The position numbers and the translations under genes were made by a program. A stretch of DNA of 64,000 nucleotides from a virus (Duplodnaviria > Caudoviricetes). Positions 19,403-29,808 of this stretch are shown piece after piece. The notes under the pieces are model-generated. The model saw only the letters and a list, made by a program, of their open reading frames with translations, did no database searches and was not told the DNA's origin. The number at the start of each line of letters is the position of its first letter. The stretch's first letter is position 1. Location of the stretch: positions 128,001 to 192,000 of IMG/VR virus record IMGVR_UViG_3300028048_001169. The stretch is one strand, 5' to 3'.

Positions 19403-19565
19403 GATAAATTAACCTTCCTTTCAATAGAATAATAAACGTTTATTTATATAAAAGTTAAAAGGCTAAAACCTAGCAGGGGTCAATATAAAATAAAAAGTGG
19501 AACAGGAATAAATCCTGTCCACTTTTAAAGTTTTAAGTAAATAAGTAGCAATTAATTTTGTTACT

Positions 19566-20828
19566 TTATGATTGAACAGTAGGAGTCTCATCTGTTGGTG
19601 CTGGCTCTGTTGGCTCATCATTATTGGTAGGAACAGGCCATACAACCGTACCATGAGCAGTAATAGAAAGATCAGTATCAACAGTCTTAGCTGCTAATGT
19701 CTTGCCTTCAGCTGTAGCAAGTGCTGCCAACTCATCATGATTCATAACCTTAAAGGTAGAATTCTTGATCTCAAGACGAGCCTTCTGTGCATACTGTGTA
19801 TCAATAGTAGCAACTGCAACGTCTTCTCCAACCGTTGATTTAACGGTAGCATTATCCTTAATCTCGAATGTAAGATCATTTGTACCATCCTGACCATTGT
19901 ATGTATATACACCAGTCATAGCAAGGAAACCGTAATTTACTGGTTCTACACCAGATTCTGTTACAAACTTACCAAGAGGGTATGTAACAGTAGATCCATT
20001 ATTAACAACCTTAGCATTCTCTCTTACAGTGATATGACCCATACGAGCCACAATACCACCTTCAACAGTAGCTGATCCGTGAATATCAACAGTATCCATA
20101 GATGCCTGATATACAGCAGCACAACCATCTGTAATAAGATGAGCGGATCCAGTAATATCAAAATTACCTGTAGATCCAATAGAAGCCTGGTTTGATACAG
20201 AGATACAAGAAGCTTCATCTGTATGGATTGTACCACCATTCATCTTGAATGTACCACCAGTCTCGCAAACAACACCATAGCAATAGTTAGGAGTTGTCTT
20301 ATCATCTGGTGTACGTGTATCAATAAGACCACCATGCATAATACATGTACCTGTAGCTCCAGTAACCTGAATAGCGGAGTATGTATTATGAGTTGTTGTC
20401 TTAATAGAACCAGTACCCTTAGAATCCTTAATGATTAATGTACCACCAGTTACATAGAAAGCATAAGCTATACATGTAATATGATGACCATTCAGATCTA
20501 CAATCAATGTCTTACCATTTGGTACGAATGTTGTTATGATCTTTCCATCATCACTCCTTGGTATTTCATAATCAGCAACTATCTTAACTTCGATGACATT
20601 ATCAATAGAGCTATTGATAGCATGAGCAATATCTGCTGGAGAACCTACACCTGGCTCAACAAGATCTGGATATACAACCTGAATAACACCCTGCTTTACA
20701 AGCTCATGATATACCTGAGGTCTTGGAGCAACAACTGGAGCATACCACTCACCAGCCTTAGGGTTATAACCATACTTTATATCCATTCCATTTGGAGCGA
20801 ATTCTCCGATCATTCCACTATTTACCAT
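19566..20828 (-). CDS. Beta-helix (adhesin/carbohydrate-binding-like) protein
   Basis: Repeating G-T-x-x-(M/I)-x-GG-x-I strands (GTLIIKDS, GTCIMHGGLI, GTFKMNGGTI); Pro/Thr-rich tail. Confidence 0.6.
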   Translation of the reverse strand: MVNSGMIGEFAPNGMDIKYGYNPKAGEWYAPVVAPRPQVYHELVKQGVIQVVYPDLVEPGVGSPADIAHAINSSIDNVIEVKIVADYEIPRSDDGKIITTFVPNGKTLIVDLNGHHITCIAYAFYVTGGTLIIKDSKGTGSIKTTTHNTYSAIQVTGATGTCIMHGGLIDTRTPDDKTTPNYCYGVVCETGGTFKMNGGTIHTDEASCISVSNQASIGSTGNFDITGSAHLITDGCAAVYQASMDTVDIHGSATVEGGIVARMGHITVRENAKVVNNGSTVTYPLGKFVTESGVEPVNYGFLAMTGVYTYNGQDGTNDLTFEIKDNATVKSTVGEDVAVATIDTQYAQKARLEIKNSTFKVMNHDELAALATAEGKTLAAKTVDTDLSITAHGTVVWPVPTNNDEPTEPAPTDETPTVQS

Positions 20829-20934
20829 TATCAGCTTCCTCCTTTACAACTTCTTCTCTAATAAGATTACCATCCTTGTCAATCTTAACATCGGATGTAA
20901 CCAGCTTGATAGAATCTTTTGTTACGTCTGGCAT
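20818..20934 (-). CDS. 38-aa ORF upstream of and overlapping the beta-helix gene
   Basis: AGGAGG RBS, late promoter 20988-20999; MPDVTKDSIKLVTSDVKIDKDGNLIREEVVKEEADNGK. Confidence 0.55.
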   Translation of the reverse strand: MPDVTKDSIKLVTSDVKIDKDGNLIREEVVKEEADNGK

Positions 20935-21035
20935 GATATTTATACCTCCTTAATTTATATTGTTTAATAGCGCTATATATGCTATTTTATATAGATGTTT
21001 TAATAGCACATTATACTAATAAGGAGGTAGATAGT

Positions 21036-21395
21036 ATGTATTTGAAGATAAATATTATTAATAGTTATAGAAAAGACTCACGAATCGTTTATTTAGACTC
21101 TGTTAAATACAGGCCTCATTTTCATAATCATTATGACATTATGTTTTTCGACTCCAGTAGGTTATTAATATTTCAATTATTACTAGATAAATACCAATAT
21201 CAATTGGATTGGAGAAAAGCAAAGAAACGAGCAAAAGAAATCTATAAGATTATAAAATCAAATATAGATCGCGATAATGTCATTTTGTGCTTAAATATTA
21301 ATACTGATGATAACAGTATTGTATTATCATTATACTATAAATATTGTAAGGTAAATAATATTCTTTATAGCAATATTATGGAAGAAAATGTTTAA
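21036..21395 (+). CDS. Hypothetical protein
   Basis: AGGAGG RBS, late promoter at 21007. Confidence 0.55.
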   Translation: MYLKINIINSYRKDSRIVYLDSVKYRPHFHNHYDIMFFDSSRLLIFQLLLDKYQYQLDWRKAKKRAKEIYKIIKSNIDRDNVILCLNINTDDNSIVLSLYYKYCKVNNILYSNIMEENV

Positions 21396-21422
21396 ATATA
21401 AAATTATTAGTATAACATATAA

Positions 21423-21640
21423 TTGAAGAGATAATTTAATTTTAATTGGTCACACATTATGTAGAAATACAAAAAATTCCGCGCCCCATGGTAAAGCAAA
21501 TGTGGAATAACAAGTAAAAACCCTTGCACATTGAAGAGTTAACAAACTTTCATTGTAAAATTCTTTTCGTTTTTTTTTCGAATTATCTCTTCAAGCCTTT
21601 CATAATCCCCAGTAGTGTCACTGTTCACTACTGGGGTTTT
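21423..21640 (+). ncRNA. Candidate structured small RNA
   Basis: Promoter-like AACA-N6-TG at 21414; 14-bp inverted repeat 21423-21436/21581-21594; terminator 21607-21640; no ORF. Confidence 0.4.
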
Positions 21641-21688
21641 TATATATTACAATGAGGGAAACATTCATATAATGAAGGAGGTTAATAT

Positions 21689-22333
21689 ATGATGACAGAA
21701 TCCAATAATGATATATACCTACAAGAATCTTTTACTGGTGATATCGATTATTTCGATCACCGTTTTGTTGATGATAAAATTCGTTCCTCTATGATGGAGA
21801 AAGATAAAGCAAAAAGATCTAGAAAGTTAGAAGAGACATTATACGATGTCATAATGAATATTACCAATGTATCAAAGCGTGCTATAAATTTTGAGAAATT
21901 ATATAAGGATCATTATAAGTATGATCATATTTTATATAAATCCGTACATCCAAATTTAAAGTATTTAAATGATGATGATAAAGAACGTTTAAGAGAATCT
22001 ATTGATAGTGCATTTAATAATGGTACTGCTGATTCTGTAGCAAGTGGTGTCGTAGGAGCTATCTTAGATGTATTAATACCTAAAGAGATTGGTATCTTAA
22101 AAGGATTAGCCGGTAAGTTTGCTCATAGTGTATTAACTGGCATTGGACGTGGTGCGTTCTTTGATATTTGTCCTGTTAAATTTAAGTCGATTGGAGAAGC
22201 TTTGGTTGTATATAAGAAAGCTGCTAAAGAATCTCGATTTAAGAGTGATGAAACTCGTAAGCAAGCTCAGTATTGCTACGAAGTAACAACACAGGTTATG
22301 GAAGACTTATTAAAATTATATAAGGAGTTGTAA
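21689..22333 (+). CDS. Hypothetical protein, probably internal head
   Basis: Late promoter at 21660; N-terminal YLQE|S motif. Confidence 0.6.
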   Translation: MMTESNNDIYLQESFTGDIDYFDHRFVDDKIRSSMMEKDKAKRSRKLEETLYDVIMNITNVSKRAINFEKLYKDHYKYDHILYKSVHPNLKYLNDDDKERLRESIDSAFNNGTADSVASGVVGAILDVLIPKEIGILKGLAGKFAHSVLTGIGRGAFFDICPVKFKSIGEALVVYKKAAKESRFKSDETRKQAQYCYEVTTQVMEDLLKLYKEL

Positions 22334-22334
22334 T

Positions 22335-22616
22335 ATGGAATACTATATAGAAGCACTGGAGTATTTCAACGAATGTGATGCTCTATTAGAATTAAAACGT
22401 TCTGAAACACCAGAGAGTGAATTTGGAGTGCCAGAACAAAAGAAGTTTCCATTAATTGATGCAAAGCATGTGCAATCTGCTATTAAATTCTTTAATTATG
22501 TAGATCCTAAATATGAGAAAGAATTAGCTAGTAATATTAAACGTAAGATGAAAGAATATAATATTACAGATATACATGTTGGTGAGAAGAATCGGTTTTC
22601 TAAATATTATAATTAA
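22335..22616 (+). CDS. DUF6582-like protein
   Basis: RSETPESEFGVPEQKKFPLIDAKHVQSAIKFF. Confidence 0.6.
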   Translation: MEYYIEALEYFNECDALLELKRSETPESEFGVPEQKKFPLIDAKHVQSAIKFFNYVDPKYEKELASNIKRKMKEYNITDIHVGEKNRFSKYYN

Positions 22617-22635
22617 GGATGGTGAATAATAATTT

Positions 22636-22926
22636 ATGTATCAGCATTTTAGTGACTCTATTGTATTGTTTTTAAATACGTATATCAAGCAGAATAAATT
22701 AGATGGTGAAGTTCATGTTATCGATAAACACACTATCTATTTTACATTAAGTAATAATATTGAAGGAGAGTTTACCGATCAATCATATCATACTAATGAG
22801 TATGAATGTAAGATTGATACAGCATTATCTCCTTGCAGTAAGTACATTGACAAGACACAAGACATTGTATCTGTTAAATTAGAACTAAAAGATTTTTTAG
22901 ATACCATTCGTAGTATTCCACAATAA
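22636..22926 (+). CDS. Hypothetical protein
   Basis: 96-aa ORF in the operon. Confidence 0.55.
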   Translation: MYQHFSDSIVLFLNTYIKQNKLDGEVHVIDKHTIYFTLSNNIEGEFTDQSYHTNEYECKIDTALSPCSKYIDKTQDIVSVKLELKDFLDTIRSIPQ

Positions 22927-23073
22927 ACATATTAGTAATGGTTACTGCTGTGATTGTTTCTTGTTTTTTGTTTTCCTTTTACGTTAGAGAGAGGTGTTCT
23001 ACCTCTCTCTATAAATGTTTTTCTCTCACCACATTTATATAATATAATTGCATACAATACACTGAGGAGGTGC

Positions 23074-24411
23074 ATGTATTTGAGAAAGTATTACGTATTA
23101 GACACGAATATCTTAATTCAAACAGGTGGTTCTGGTATTAAGGGATTTGATGATAACTTTGTTGTTATCACTCATATTACATTAGAAGAACTTGATGGTT
23201 TGAAACGTGGAATGACAACAGGCTATGACGCAAGACAAGCATTAAAAATGATTGATGAAATCATTAAGGATGGTGATCCTAATAAGGGTATCAAAATGGA
23301 TAATGGTGGTACCTTTATTTTAGAACCAGATGGGGTATTACAAGAAAATTTACCAATTGGATGGAAGCTGGATAAACCAGACAATTGTATTATATCTGCT
23401 ACGATATCAATCAAGAAGAAACATAGTAGAAGTAAAGTTATTCTCGTAACTAATGATCGTGGTATGAGAATCAAAGCTCGTGCTGCTGGATTAGACGTAG
23501 AAGAATATAAGAATGGACAGATTCGTACAGAAAAGTTATATACTGGAAGAGTCGTTGTACCAGCATCTGCTGAATATGTAAATCGTCTATATAAGAACGG
23601 TGCTGTAGAGATTACAGATGAAGATTATTCACGATTTGGACTTGAATACCCATTTGTAGAAAATCAATATGTCCGAGTAGAAGACTTCGAAACAAATATG
23701 AGTCGTCATGCTGCTGAATGTGTTTTTCGCAATGGTAAACTCTATACATTAGATGAAGTTGCTAAGGTCGGTATTAAAGGACGTAATGAAGGTCAGAAGT
23801 ATGCAATCAATGCATTGTTAGATTCCGAAATACCACTAGTAGCATTGATTGGTCCTGCTGGATGTGGCAAGACATATATCTCATTAGCAATTGCGTTGTA
23901 TCTTATGAGAGAAAAGGGAGAATATGATAATATCTATATCTCTCGTTCTAATACAATTCCAGAACAAGAAGATTTAGGATTCTTACCAGGAGATCTTACA
24001 CAAAAGATGGATCCATTACTGTACCCGTTCCATGATAATTTAGAGAAATTAATGGGTATGGATGGTCAAGATGAATTACGAGAGTTAGAAGACTCAGGAC
24101 AGATTAGCATATGTCCTATGGCATATATTCGAGGACGTAGTATTGATCATGCATTTATTATCGTTGATGAAGCTCAAAATATCTCACAGAATCAGATGAA
24201 GACATTGGTTAGTCGTCTAGGAGAAGGTAGTAAGTTGGTTATCTGTGGAGATCCGGCTCAGATTGATAATAATAGATTAGATGCTAGAAGTAACGGATTG
24301 GTATACTGTGCTGATCGTATGAAAGGTCAAACTCGATTCTCACAAGTTACATTTACAGAAGATGAATGTGTACGTAGCGAGATTGCAAAGCTTGCTGCTA
24401 AATTATTATAA
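23074..24411 (+). CDS. phoH: PIN-PhoH (PhoH2/YlaK-like) ATPase
   Basis: PIN domain VLDTNIL...EELD...DN.I...TND; P-loop GPAGCGKT; LGFLPG; RGRSI; DEAQN; GDPAQID. Start reassigned to ATG 23074 (GAGGAGG RBS). Confidence 0.92.
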   Translation: MYLRKYYVLDTNILIQTGGSGIKGFDDNFVVITHITLEELDGLKRGMTTGYDARQALKMIDEIIKDGDPNKGIKMDNGGTFILEPDGVLQENLPIGWKLDKPDNCIISATISIKKKHSRSKVILVTNDRGMRIKARAAGLDVEEYKNGQIRTEKLYTGRVVVPASAEYVNRLYKNGAVEITDEDYSRFGLEYPFVENQYVRVEDFETNMSRHAAECVFRNGKLYTLDEVAKVGIKGRNEGQKYAINALLDSEIPLVALIGPAGCGKTYISLAIALYLMREKGEYDNIYISRSNTIPEQEDLGFLPGDLTQKMDPLLYPFHDNLEKLMGMDGQDELRELEDSGQISICPMAYIRGRSIDHAFIIVDEAQNISQNQMKTLVSRLGEGSKLVICGDPAQIDNNRLDARSNGLVYCADRMKGQTRFSQVTFTEDECVRSEIAKLAAKLL

Positions 24412-24417
24412 CAAGAA

Positions 24418-24443
24418 CCCAGTAGGACTAAGTTCCTACTGGG
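24418..24443. terminator. Bidirectional terminator of the CCCAGTAGG family
   Basis: CCCAGTAGGA...TCCTACTGGG. Confidence 0.8.
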
Positions 24444-24470
24444 CTTTTGGTTTTATTGAATAAGAATTAT

Positions 24471-25391
24471 TTACTTTTTCTTCTTAGTCTTTTTAGCTTT
24501 AGGAACAATAACTTCCTTACGTAAAGCAACTGGTGCTTTCTTTGCTGTGTTATCAATGATAGCCCATGCTTCTTGGATCGGATAATCGTATGGTAATACA
24601 GCTACACCATTCTTACCCCATTCTGATCCCCAAGAGTTAAGGATTAATAATCCTTTTGCTGTCCAACCGATAGCCAGTACTGCATGATAACCTCTAAACT
24701 GATTATAATCATAGTTTCCATTATCTGGTGTACTAACCTCAGGCCACTTGAGATTATCTTCTAACATCCAGTCTGGACCATAGTCCTCGAAACATGGAAT
24801 AGAGATCAAAGCACTCTTGAAAGAATATACAGCCTGCTTAATCTGATTAATATCATTACATCTGTAATAGCTATCGATCTTATAACACTTACCTACTTTA
24901 TCAAGCTTTGCTTTATACTTATTTCTCTTGGCACGACACTGCTTAAATGTGCCCCAGTAATTAAAGTTAGTATAAGTACATGGTCCCATATCAGTAAGCT
25001 GATTTAAAGCCTCACTAATTATAGTTCCTTCTTCTGATACCTTTAAAATACTATTATCTGGTCTCATACCATAAATATCTGCTGGTGAGAAACGATAAGG
25101 ATTCTTTGTCTGTGCCTTCTCTGTAATATATCGACTTGCTGCCAAAGCACAAGCTCCACACATACCAGTTTCTCCCTGATCAAATACTTTTTCAGCCGGT
25201 AACTTTACAGAGATATAATGTGCTGGTAATTTCTGAGCAATAACTCTCTGTGCTGCTTTTGCACTCATAGCAACTGGTCTCTTACTACCATTCATCAAGT
25301 CCTGCATCTGATAATCGCGATCATCTGCTGGTGAAGGTTTAATGTAATCAAATGAATGACCTTCATAATGCTTTCTATTATCTTTAGCCAT
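24471..25391 (-). CDS. Papain-like (C1) cysteine peptidase, paralog of 16816
   Basis: DQGETGMCGA, GYHAVLAIGW, LNSWG; basic C-terminal tail. Confidence 0.88.
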   Translation of the reverse strand: MAKDNRKHYEGHSFDYIKPSPADDRDYQMQDLMNGSKRPVAMSAKAAQRVIAQKLPAHYISVKLPAEKVFDQGETGMCGACALAASRYITEKAQTKNPYRFSPADIYGMRPDNSILKVSEEGTIISEALNQLTDMGPCTYTNFNYWGTFKQCRAKRNKYKAKLDKVGKCYKIDSYYRCNDINQIKQAVYSFKSALISIPCFEDYGPDWMLEDNLKWPEVSTPDNGNYDYNQFRGYHAVLAIGWTAKGLLILNSWGSEWGKNGVAVLPYDYPIQEAWAIIDNTAKKAPVALRKEVIVPKAKKTKKKK

Positions 25392-25466
25392 ATAGGTATC
25401 CTCCTTTAGATAACATATGAAACTTAGTGTATTTATATTAGAGTTAATACAGATATAGAGATACTC

Positions 25467-26297
25467 TTATTTCGCTGCATATGTAATATATAGTGTAACA
25501 TAATGAGTTTTGATATCTGGATCTGGATCTACATTTTTGCATGACACCGATACAGTATTCGTTGTTGGATTATATGCAACAATTGCTGGATAATTCTTAT
25601 AATCAGTAGCTGTAATAGAATAGATATTATAATCAGAATAACTAGACAATTCCATTGTACCAAAGTACGGAGTTAATCCACCCCATTCATCTACATCAAC
25701 TACCATCTGAATTGTATCATGCATTACTAATCCATGTGCACCTTTATATGTCCATCCATTATTATATGTAGCATATCCATCTGATCCATCTTCAAAGAAG
25801 AATCGATAAATATATGGATATCCTTCTGTAACAGAAGCAAAAACATATCCTACTTTACCCCACCAATCTTTTGGAAATTCTGATTCAGAAGAAATAGAAC
25901 AATTCATAACAAAGAATTTCTTATAATACTTATTACTACGCTCTAATAAAGAGCCAGGATTCGTTATTATATGGTCATAATCTGCTACAATAATTGTAGA
26001 TGCTACACCATGATCAATAGATGCCCATCCAGTCCATATTTGTCTTACATGATCATACATACGCTCATATGAACCAGAACCATCTCTAGTAGAATATACT
26101 TGTCTAGTATATTTTGTTGACGGGTAACCATAAGATTCTGAATAATAAACACCATCTACTACTAAAATACCACCAATACCATTTACTGGAAATCCTCTAG
26201 AAGATGAAGCTTGTGAATCTTCTACAGCATAAATCTCTGTTCCTTTACAACCATTAAGATGAGAACCATCATAAATATTATCTCTACCATATGTCAT
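25467..26297 (-). CDS. Tail-fibre-type protein with knob-like domain
   Basis: GILVV...YTRQVY...SYERMY...WTGW resembles pyocin-knob repeats; start MTYGRD has a GGAGG RBS. Confidence 0.5.
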   Translation of the reverse strand: MTYGRDNIYDGSHLNGCKGTEIYAVEDSQASSSRGFPVNGIGGILVVDGVYYSESYGYPSTKYTRQVYSTRDGSGSYERMYDHVRQIWTGWASIDHGVASTIIVADYDHIITNPGSLLERSNKYYKKFFVMNCSISSESEFPKDWWGKVGYVFASVTEGYPYIYRFFFEDGSDGYATYNNGWTYKGAHGLVMHDTIQMVVDVDEWGGLTPYFGTMELSSYSDYNIYSITATDYKNYPAIVAYNPTTNTVSVSCKNVDPDPDIKTHYVTLYITYAAK

Positions 26298-26500
26298 AAT
26301 GATAATAACCTCCTTTATTATACTAATGTAAACCCAATTTTGAAATATCATGCTTTTAATGTACTTGCAAAAAGTGTGTAGCAAACATAACATATATTTG
26401 TCACAATTTTTCTTCACTAACCCCATAGTAATAAGGAGTTAGAAGGTATAGGAGTGGATTTAACTTTAATATAAATAGAATATAGAAAGGAGTAAATATT

Positions 26501-27496
26501 GTGGACCTGTTAAAAGTGTCAGAAATTATAGATAAATATGCTAATAAAGCAGGAAATACTTATTTAAGTCCTGTTATATTCTTGGTACTTGTTGTTATTA
26601 TTCTAATCTTTTATTTTGCTCGTTATCGTGCAATCTGTAAAATTGATAGTGATGATGTTAATGATGATCCTGAATTAGAAAAACGTTATCATATGTATAC
26701 TCTATTTCACTGTGGATTAGAAGCATTAATGTGCTTGATTGTATCATATTTTATTATTGAAATTACAGATGCAAACATCAAAAGCTATATTATTAACTGG
26801 GTAATTGCACCAGCAATTGGTATCTTTGTATCTATTTATTGTGATAATAAGATTCTTATGCCATTTGAAGATTTACATGGTGGTAATCCATTAAATGATA
26901 AAGATCATCATAAAGATGATGATAAGAAATCACCGAAAAAATCTGATGATAAAATATCAATTATCATCAACCCATCTTCTCAGCAGCAAACAGTTAGCAC
27001 ATCTACAGAATCAGAAAAAGGTACATTACCTTCTACTGCTGTAGGTTCACCACTTCCAAATCAAATGGAACAATCTATCAGTGATACTAAAGCTGCTTGC
27101 AAAAAAATATTTACAGAGCATGAAGACGTAATAATAAAACGTATTGAAGATTTGGAAACATCAGTAGCAAATCAAACAAAGGATATAGATGATATTAAAG
27201 AATATATTATAACGGACCGTAAATCTCGATTAACAAGAGTTATTTATGCGGCTTTAGAACAAGGATATGTAAAACCTAAAGAAAATGCTGCTATACTAGA
27301 ACTCTATCATAAATATACTCGTTTAGTAGGAGAAGATCAAGAAATAGAAACATTATTTAAGGATCAATATTTAAAACTAAATGTTCATGAAGATCGACGA
27401 AAGAATAAAGTAGATGTTAATAATGATCGTCGTAGTAAAAGTAAAGATAGAGATGATAATCGAGACCGAGATGGAGATTTAACTAAGTATATATAA
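26501..27496 (+). CDS. Multi-TM membrane protein, possibly holin-like
   Basis: About three hydrophobic segments, then a soluble C-terminal region. Confidence 0.5.
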   Translation: MDLLKVSEIIDKYANKAGNTYLSPVIFLVLVVIILIFYFARYRAICKIDSDDVNDDPELEKRYHMYTLFHCGLEALMCLIVSYFIIEITDANIKSYIINWVIAPAIGIFVSIYCDNKILMPFEDLHGGNPLNDKDHHKDDDKKSPKKSDDKISIIINPSSQQQTVSTSTESEKGTLPSTAVGSPLPNQMEQSISDTKAACKKIFTEHEDVIIKRIEDLETSVANQTKDIDDIKEYIITDRKSRLTRVIYAALEQGYVKPKENAAILELYHKYTRLVGEDQEIETLFKDQYLKLNVHEDRRKNKVDVNNDRRSKSKDRDDNRDRDGDLTKYI

Positions 27497-27819
27497 TTAC
27501 CCAGTAGGATTGTCCTACTGGGTTTTTAATTTTATGATATAGAAATGAACCAGTATCAATAAAAAGATTAAAATATATAGTCCAGTATTATAATAATTTT
27601 CAATATTAGAACCTTTGTAAAAGTTACTAGTTTAAGTTATATATTATAGCGTTGTAAAGAAGAAATATTATCATATTAATAAGGAGGAAACAATTATGAT
27701 AAAGAACTTTAGATTGATATGGTGACATATATGTCAGATCAGCAATGGAGAGGTTATATGATACTGAACGCCAGTTACTGTTTAAAGGTTATTATTGATG
27801 GAGATAATAAGGAGGACGT

Positions 27820-28005
27820 ATGAGTATGAAAAACTTTTTAAGTAAGCATCCAAAATTACACGCAGCCAAAGAAGCAATTCTTTGGCATGATTATAATGAT
27901 GAAAAGGCTAAAGAATTCTTCTTATCGTGGCTAGAAGTAATACTAATGTTTGCACTTTTCGGCGGTGGTTATATTCTCATCATCGGAAATTTGCCGGTTC
28001 ATTAA
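27820..28005 (+). CDS. Small membrane protein
   Basis: AGGAGG RBS, C-terminal TM segment. Confidence 0.6.
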   Translation: MSMKNFLSKHPKLHAAKEAILWHDYNDEKAKEFFLSWLEVILMFALFGGGYILIIGNLPVH

Positions 28006-28109
28006 AAGAAAGATATAGTGGGATTTAATTATCCCACTTTTCTTTTTTCTTTTTCACATCAATATAATGTATCTATATTATATAAAATATTAATAAGGAG
28101 GACCTTATA

Positions 28110-28541
28110 ATGGCTACACTAGAACCTAAAGCAAGTACAGCTTCGATTCTGAAAGCTTCTAATCCAGTTTTAGCAAATAATGAGATCATCTTTGAAGTTC
28201 CTGATGAAGGTAATAAGGACGGTGGTATCAAAATGGGTGATGGTACATCATCTTATAACGATCTTCCATACTTAGCTTCTAATAATAAGATCAATGTTGT
28301 TGAGTCAACACTTACTGTTGCTAACTGGTCTAATGGAACTTATAGTTTTGAGTCTCAGTATCCAACATCTCGTTACATCGTTCAGATATCTATCAATAAG
28401 ACAGCATCTGAAGCAGCATTTAAAGCTTGGGCTGATGGTAACTTCTGCTCTAATGCTGATGCTAATGTTCTTAGAGTTGGTAACGGTGGAGTTCAACCGA
28501 CAGTTAATATTCCGGTTGTATTAGTCGTTACAGAAATCTAA
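28110..28541 (+). CDS. Short tail-fibre protein with Mtd-N/hyaluronidase-N-like domain
   Basis: SNPVLANNEIIFE...IKMGDGTSSYNDLPY. Confidence 0.7.
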   Translation: MATLEPKASTASILKASNPVLANNEIIFEVPDEGNKDGGIKMGDGTSSYNDLPYLASNNKINVVESTLTVANWSNGTYSFESQYPTSRYIVQISINKTASEAAFKAWADGNFCSNADANVLRVGNGGVQPTVNIPVVLVVTEI

Positions 28542-28632
28542 TTTTCAATAAGAGATCCAGTGAGTGCAAAAACTCACTGGATTTTTATTTTTTACATATA
28601 CTAGAACTCTTTTATAATATAGGAGGTAGTAT

Positions 28633-28872
28633 ATGAAGAAAAACCATTATAAATTCCCTTTTGATTGTGGTAAATTTTGTCCATATTATCGTTCTTGGGA
28701 TCTAAGTATTGATGATTGGACAAATGCATGTGAAAAATTACATATGCAAATAGATGATTGCGATGCTTATGGTCCAGCAAAACTACAATCTATTTGTCCA
28801 TTATCTGAATATAAACGAAGATATTATAAATCACTATATAAAATAAAATCATTGTTTAAGAAAGGAAGATAA
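28633..28872 (+). CDS. Cys-rich hypothetical protein
   Basis: AGGAGG RBS; several Cys. Confidence 0.55.
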   Translation: MKKNHYKFPFDCGKFCPYYRSWDLSIDDWTNACEKLHMQIDDCDAYGPAKLQSICPLSEYKRRYYKSLYKIKSLFKKGR

Positions 28873-28875
28873 TAT

Positions 28876-29280
28876 ATGAAGAATGAAAATGTACAATTAA
28901 TATATAATCCAGAACATGCATCACAAGGGGTTACTAATGTCCATTCAGAAGTACCTATAGCTAATAATGCATTACTAGATTATTCTGAATTAGCTGCAAT
29001 GGAATATGAAAGGATATCAAATATCAATACATTAGAAGAATATCTAGATTATAAATTAGATCTTCTAAAGACAAAAGATATTGATATGATTTTGTTTGAA
29101 CTAACTCGTATAGAAACGCTTATGACTAACTATAAAGCTCATGTATATTTTATGAAGGATCAAGGCGTATGTTGTAATGAAGATCTATATGATACACTAG
29201 AGCAGTATAAAGGCAAATTAATAAATTTATTACAACAGAAACACAGTGAGTTCAGTTGTATTAATCAAATGGAGGATTAG
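28876..29280 (+). CDS. Hypothetical protein
   Basis: 134-aa ORF in the operon. Confidence 0.6.
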   Translation: MKNENVQLIYNPEHASQGVTNVHSEVPIANNALLDYSELAAMEYERISNINTLEEYLDYKLDLLKTKDIDMILFELTRIETLMTNYKAHVYFMKDQGVCCNEDLYDTLEQYKGKLINLLQQKHSEFSCINQMED

Positions 29281-29284
29281 AACT

Positions 29285-29620
29285 ATGAATATTGTAGTTG
29301 GAAGTAGACATAGTGGAAAACTAACAAAGTTTCTGAACGATTTTATTGCTACAGATAATGCTATTATCATCTGTAATACTGTGAAACGAAAATATGATAT
29401 TATTTATCGTTTAAGCGTACTGGATCCACAAACCGATTATAATAATCGTGTTTATGTGTTCAAAGATGAAATTAGAGGTATTCCAATGGACACAAAAGTA
29501 TTTATTGATAAGGCTGACGAATTGCTAGGTAGACTAATTAGTTATGATATTCGAGAAGTATCAATAAATGAAGAATCTATTAATGATATTACAAAAACAA
29601 TACCACCTCATAGTAACTGA
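29285..29620 (+). CDS. Small degenerate P-loop protein
   Basis: GSRHSGKLT...KVFIDKAD; GGAGG RBS. Confidence 0.5.
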   Translation: MNIVVGSRHSGKLTKFLNDFIATDNAIIICNTVKRKYDIIYRLSVLDPQTDYNNRVYVFKDEIRGIPMDTKVFIDKADELLGRLISYDIREVSINEESINDITKTIPPHSN

Positions 29621-29664
29621 AACATTATAGTAAATAAAAATCATTTATTAGAAGGAGAATAATT

Positions 29665-29808
29665 ATGACAAAAGAACAGAAATTTGTATTGTTAGAGAAC
29701 CGTTTATTCAGACTGATGGATTCACCAAAGAATATCAAGAGTAACGGTGTTGTTCGTAAATTAACACGTCAGTATAATCATATGAAGAAGGAACTTGGAT
29801 TAGCTTAA
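29665..29808 (+). CDS. 47-aa basic protein, not in the ORF track
   Basis: Own late promoter at 29621 and AGGAG RBS; MTKEQKFVLLENRL...KELGLA. Confidence 0.65.
   Translation: MTKEQKFVLLENRLFRLMDSPKNIKSNGVVRKLTRQYNHMKKELGLA

Noticed and set aside
22954-23073. N-terminal extension of PhoH in the ORF track
   Set aside because: It spans a hairpin and a promoter; the RBS supports a start at 23074.
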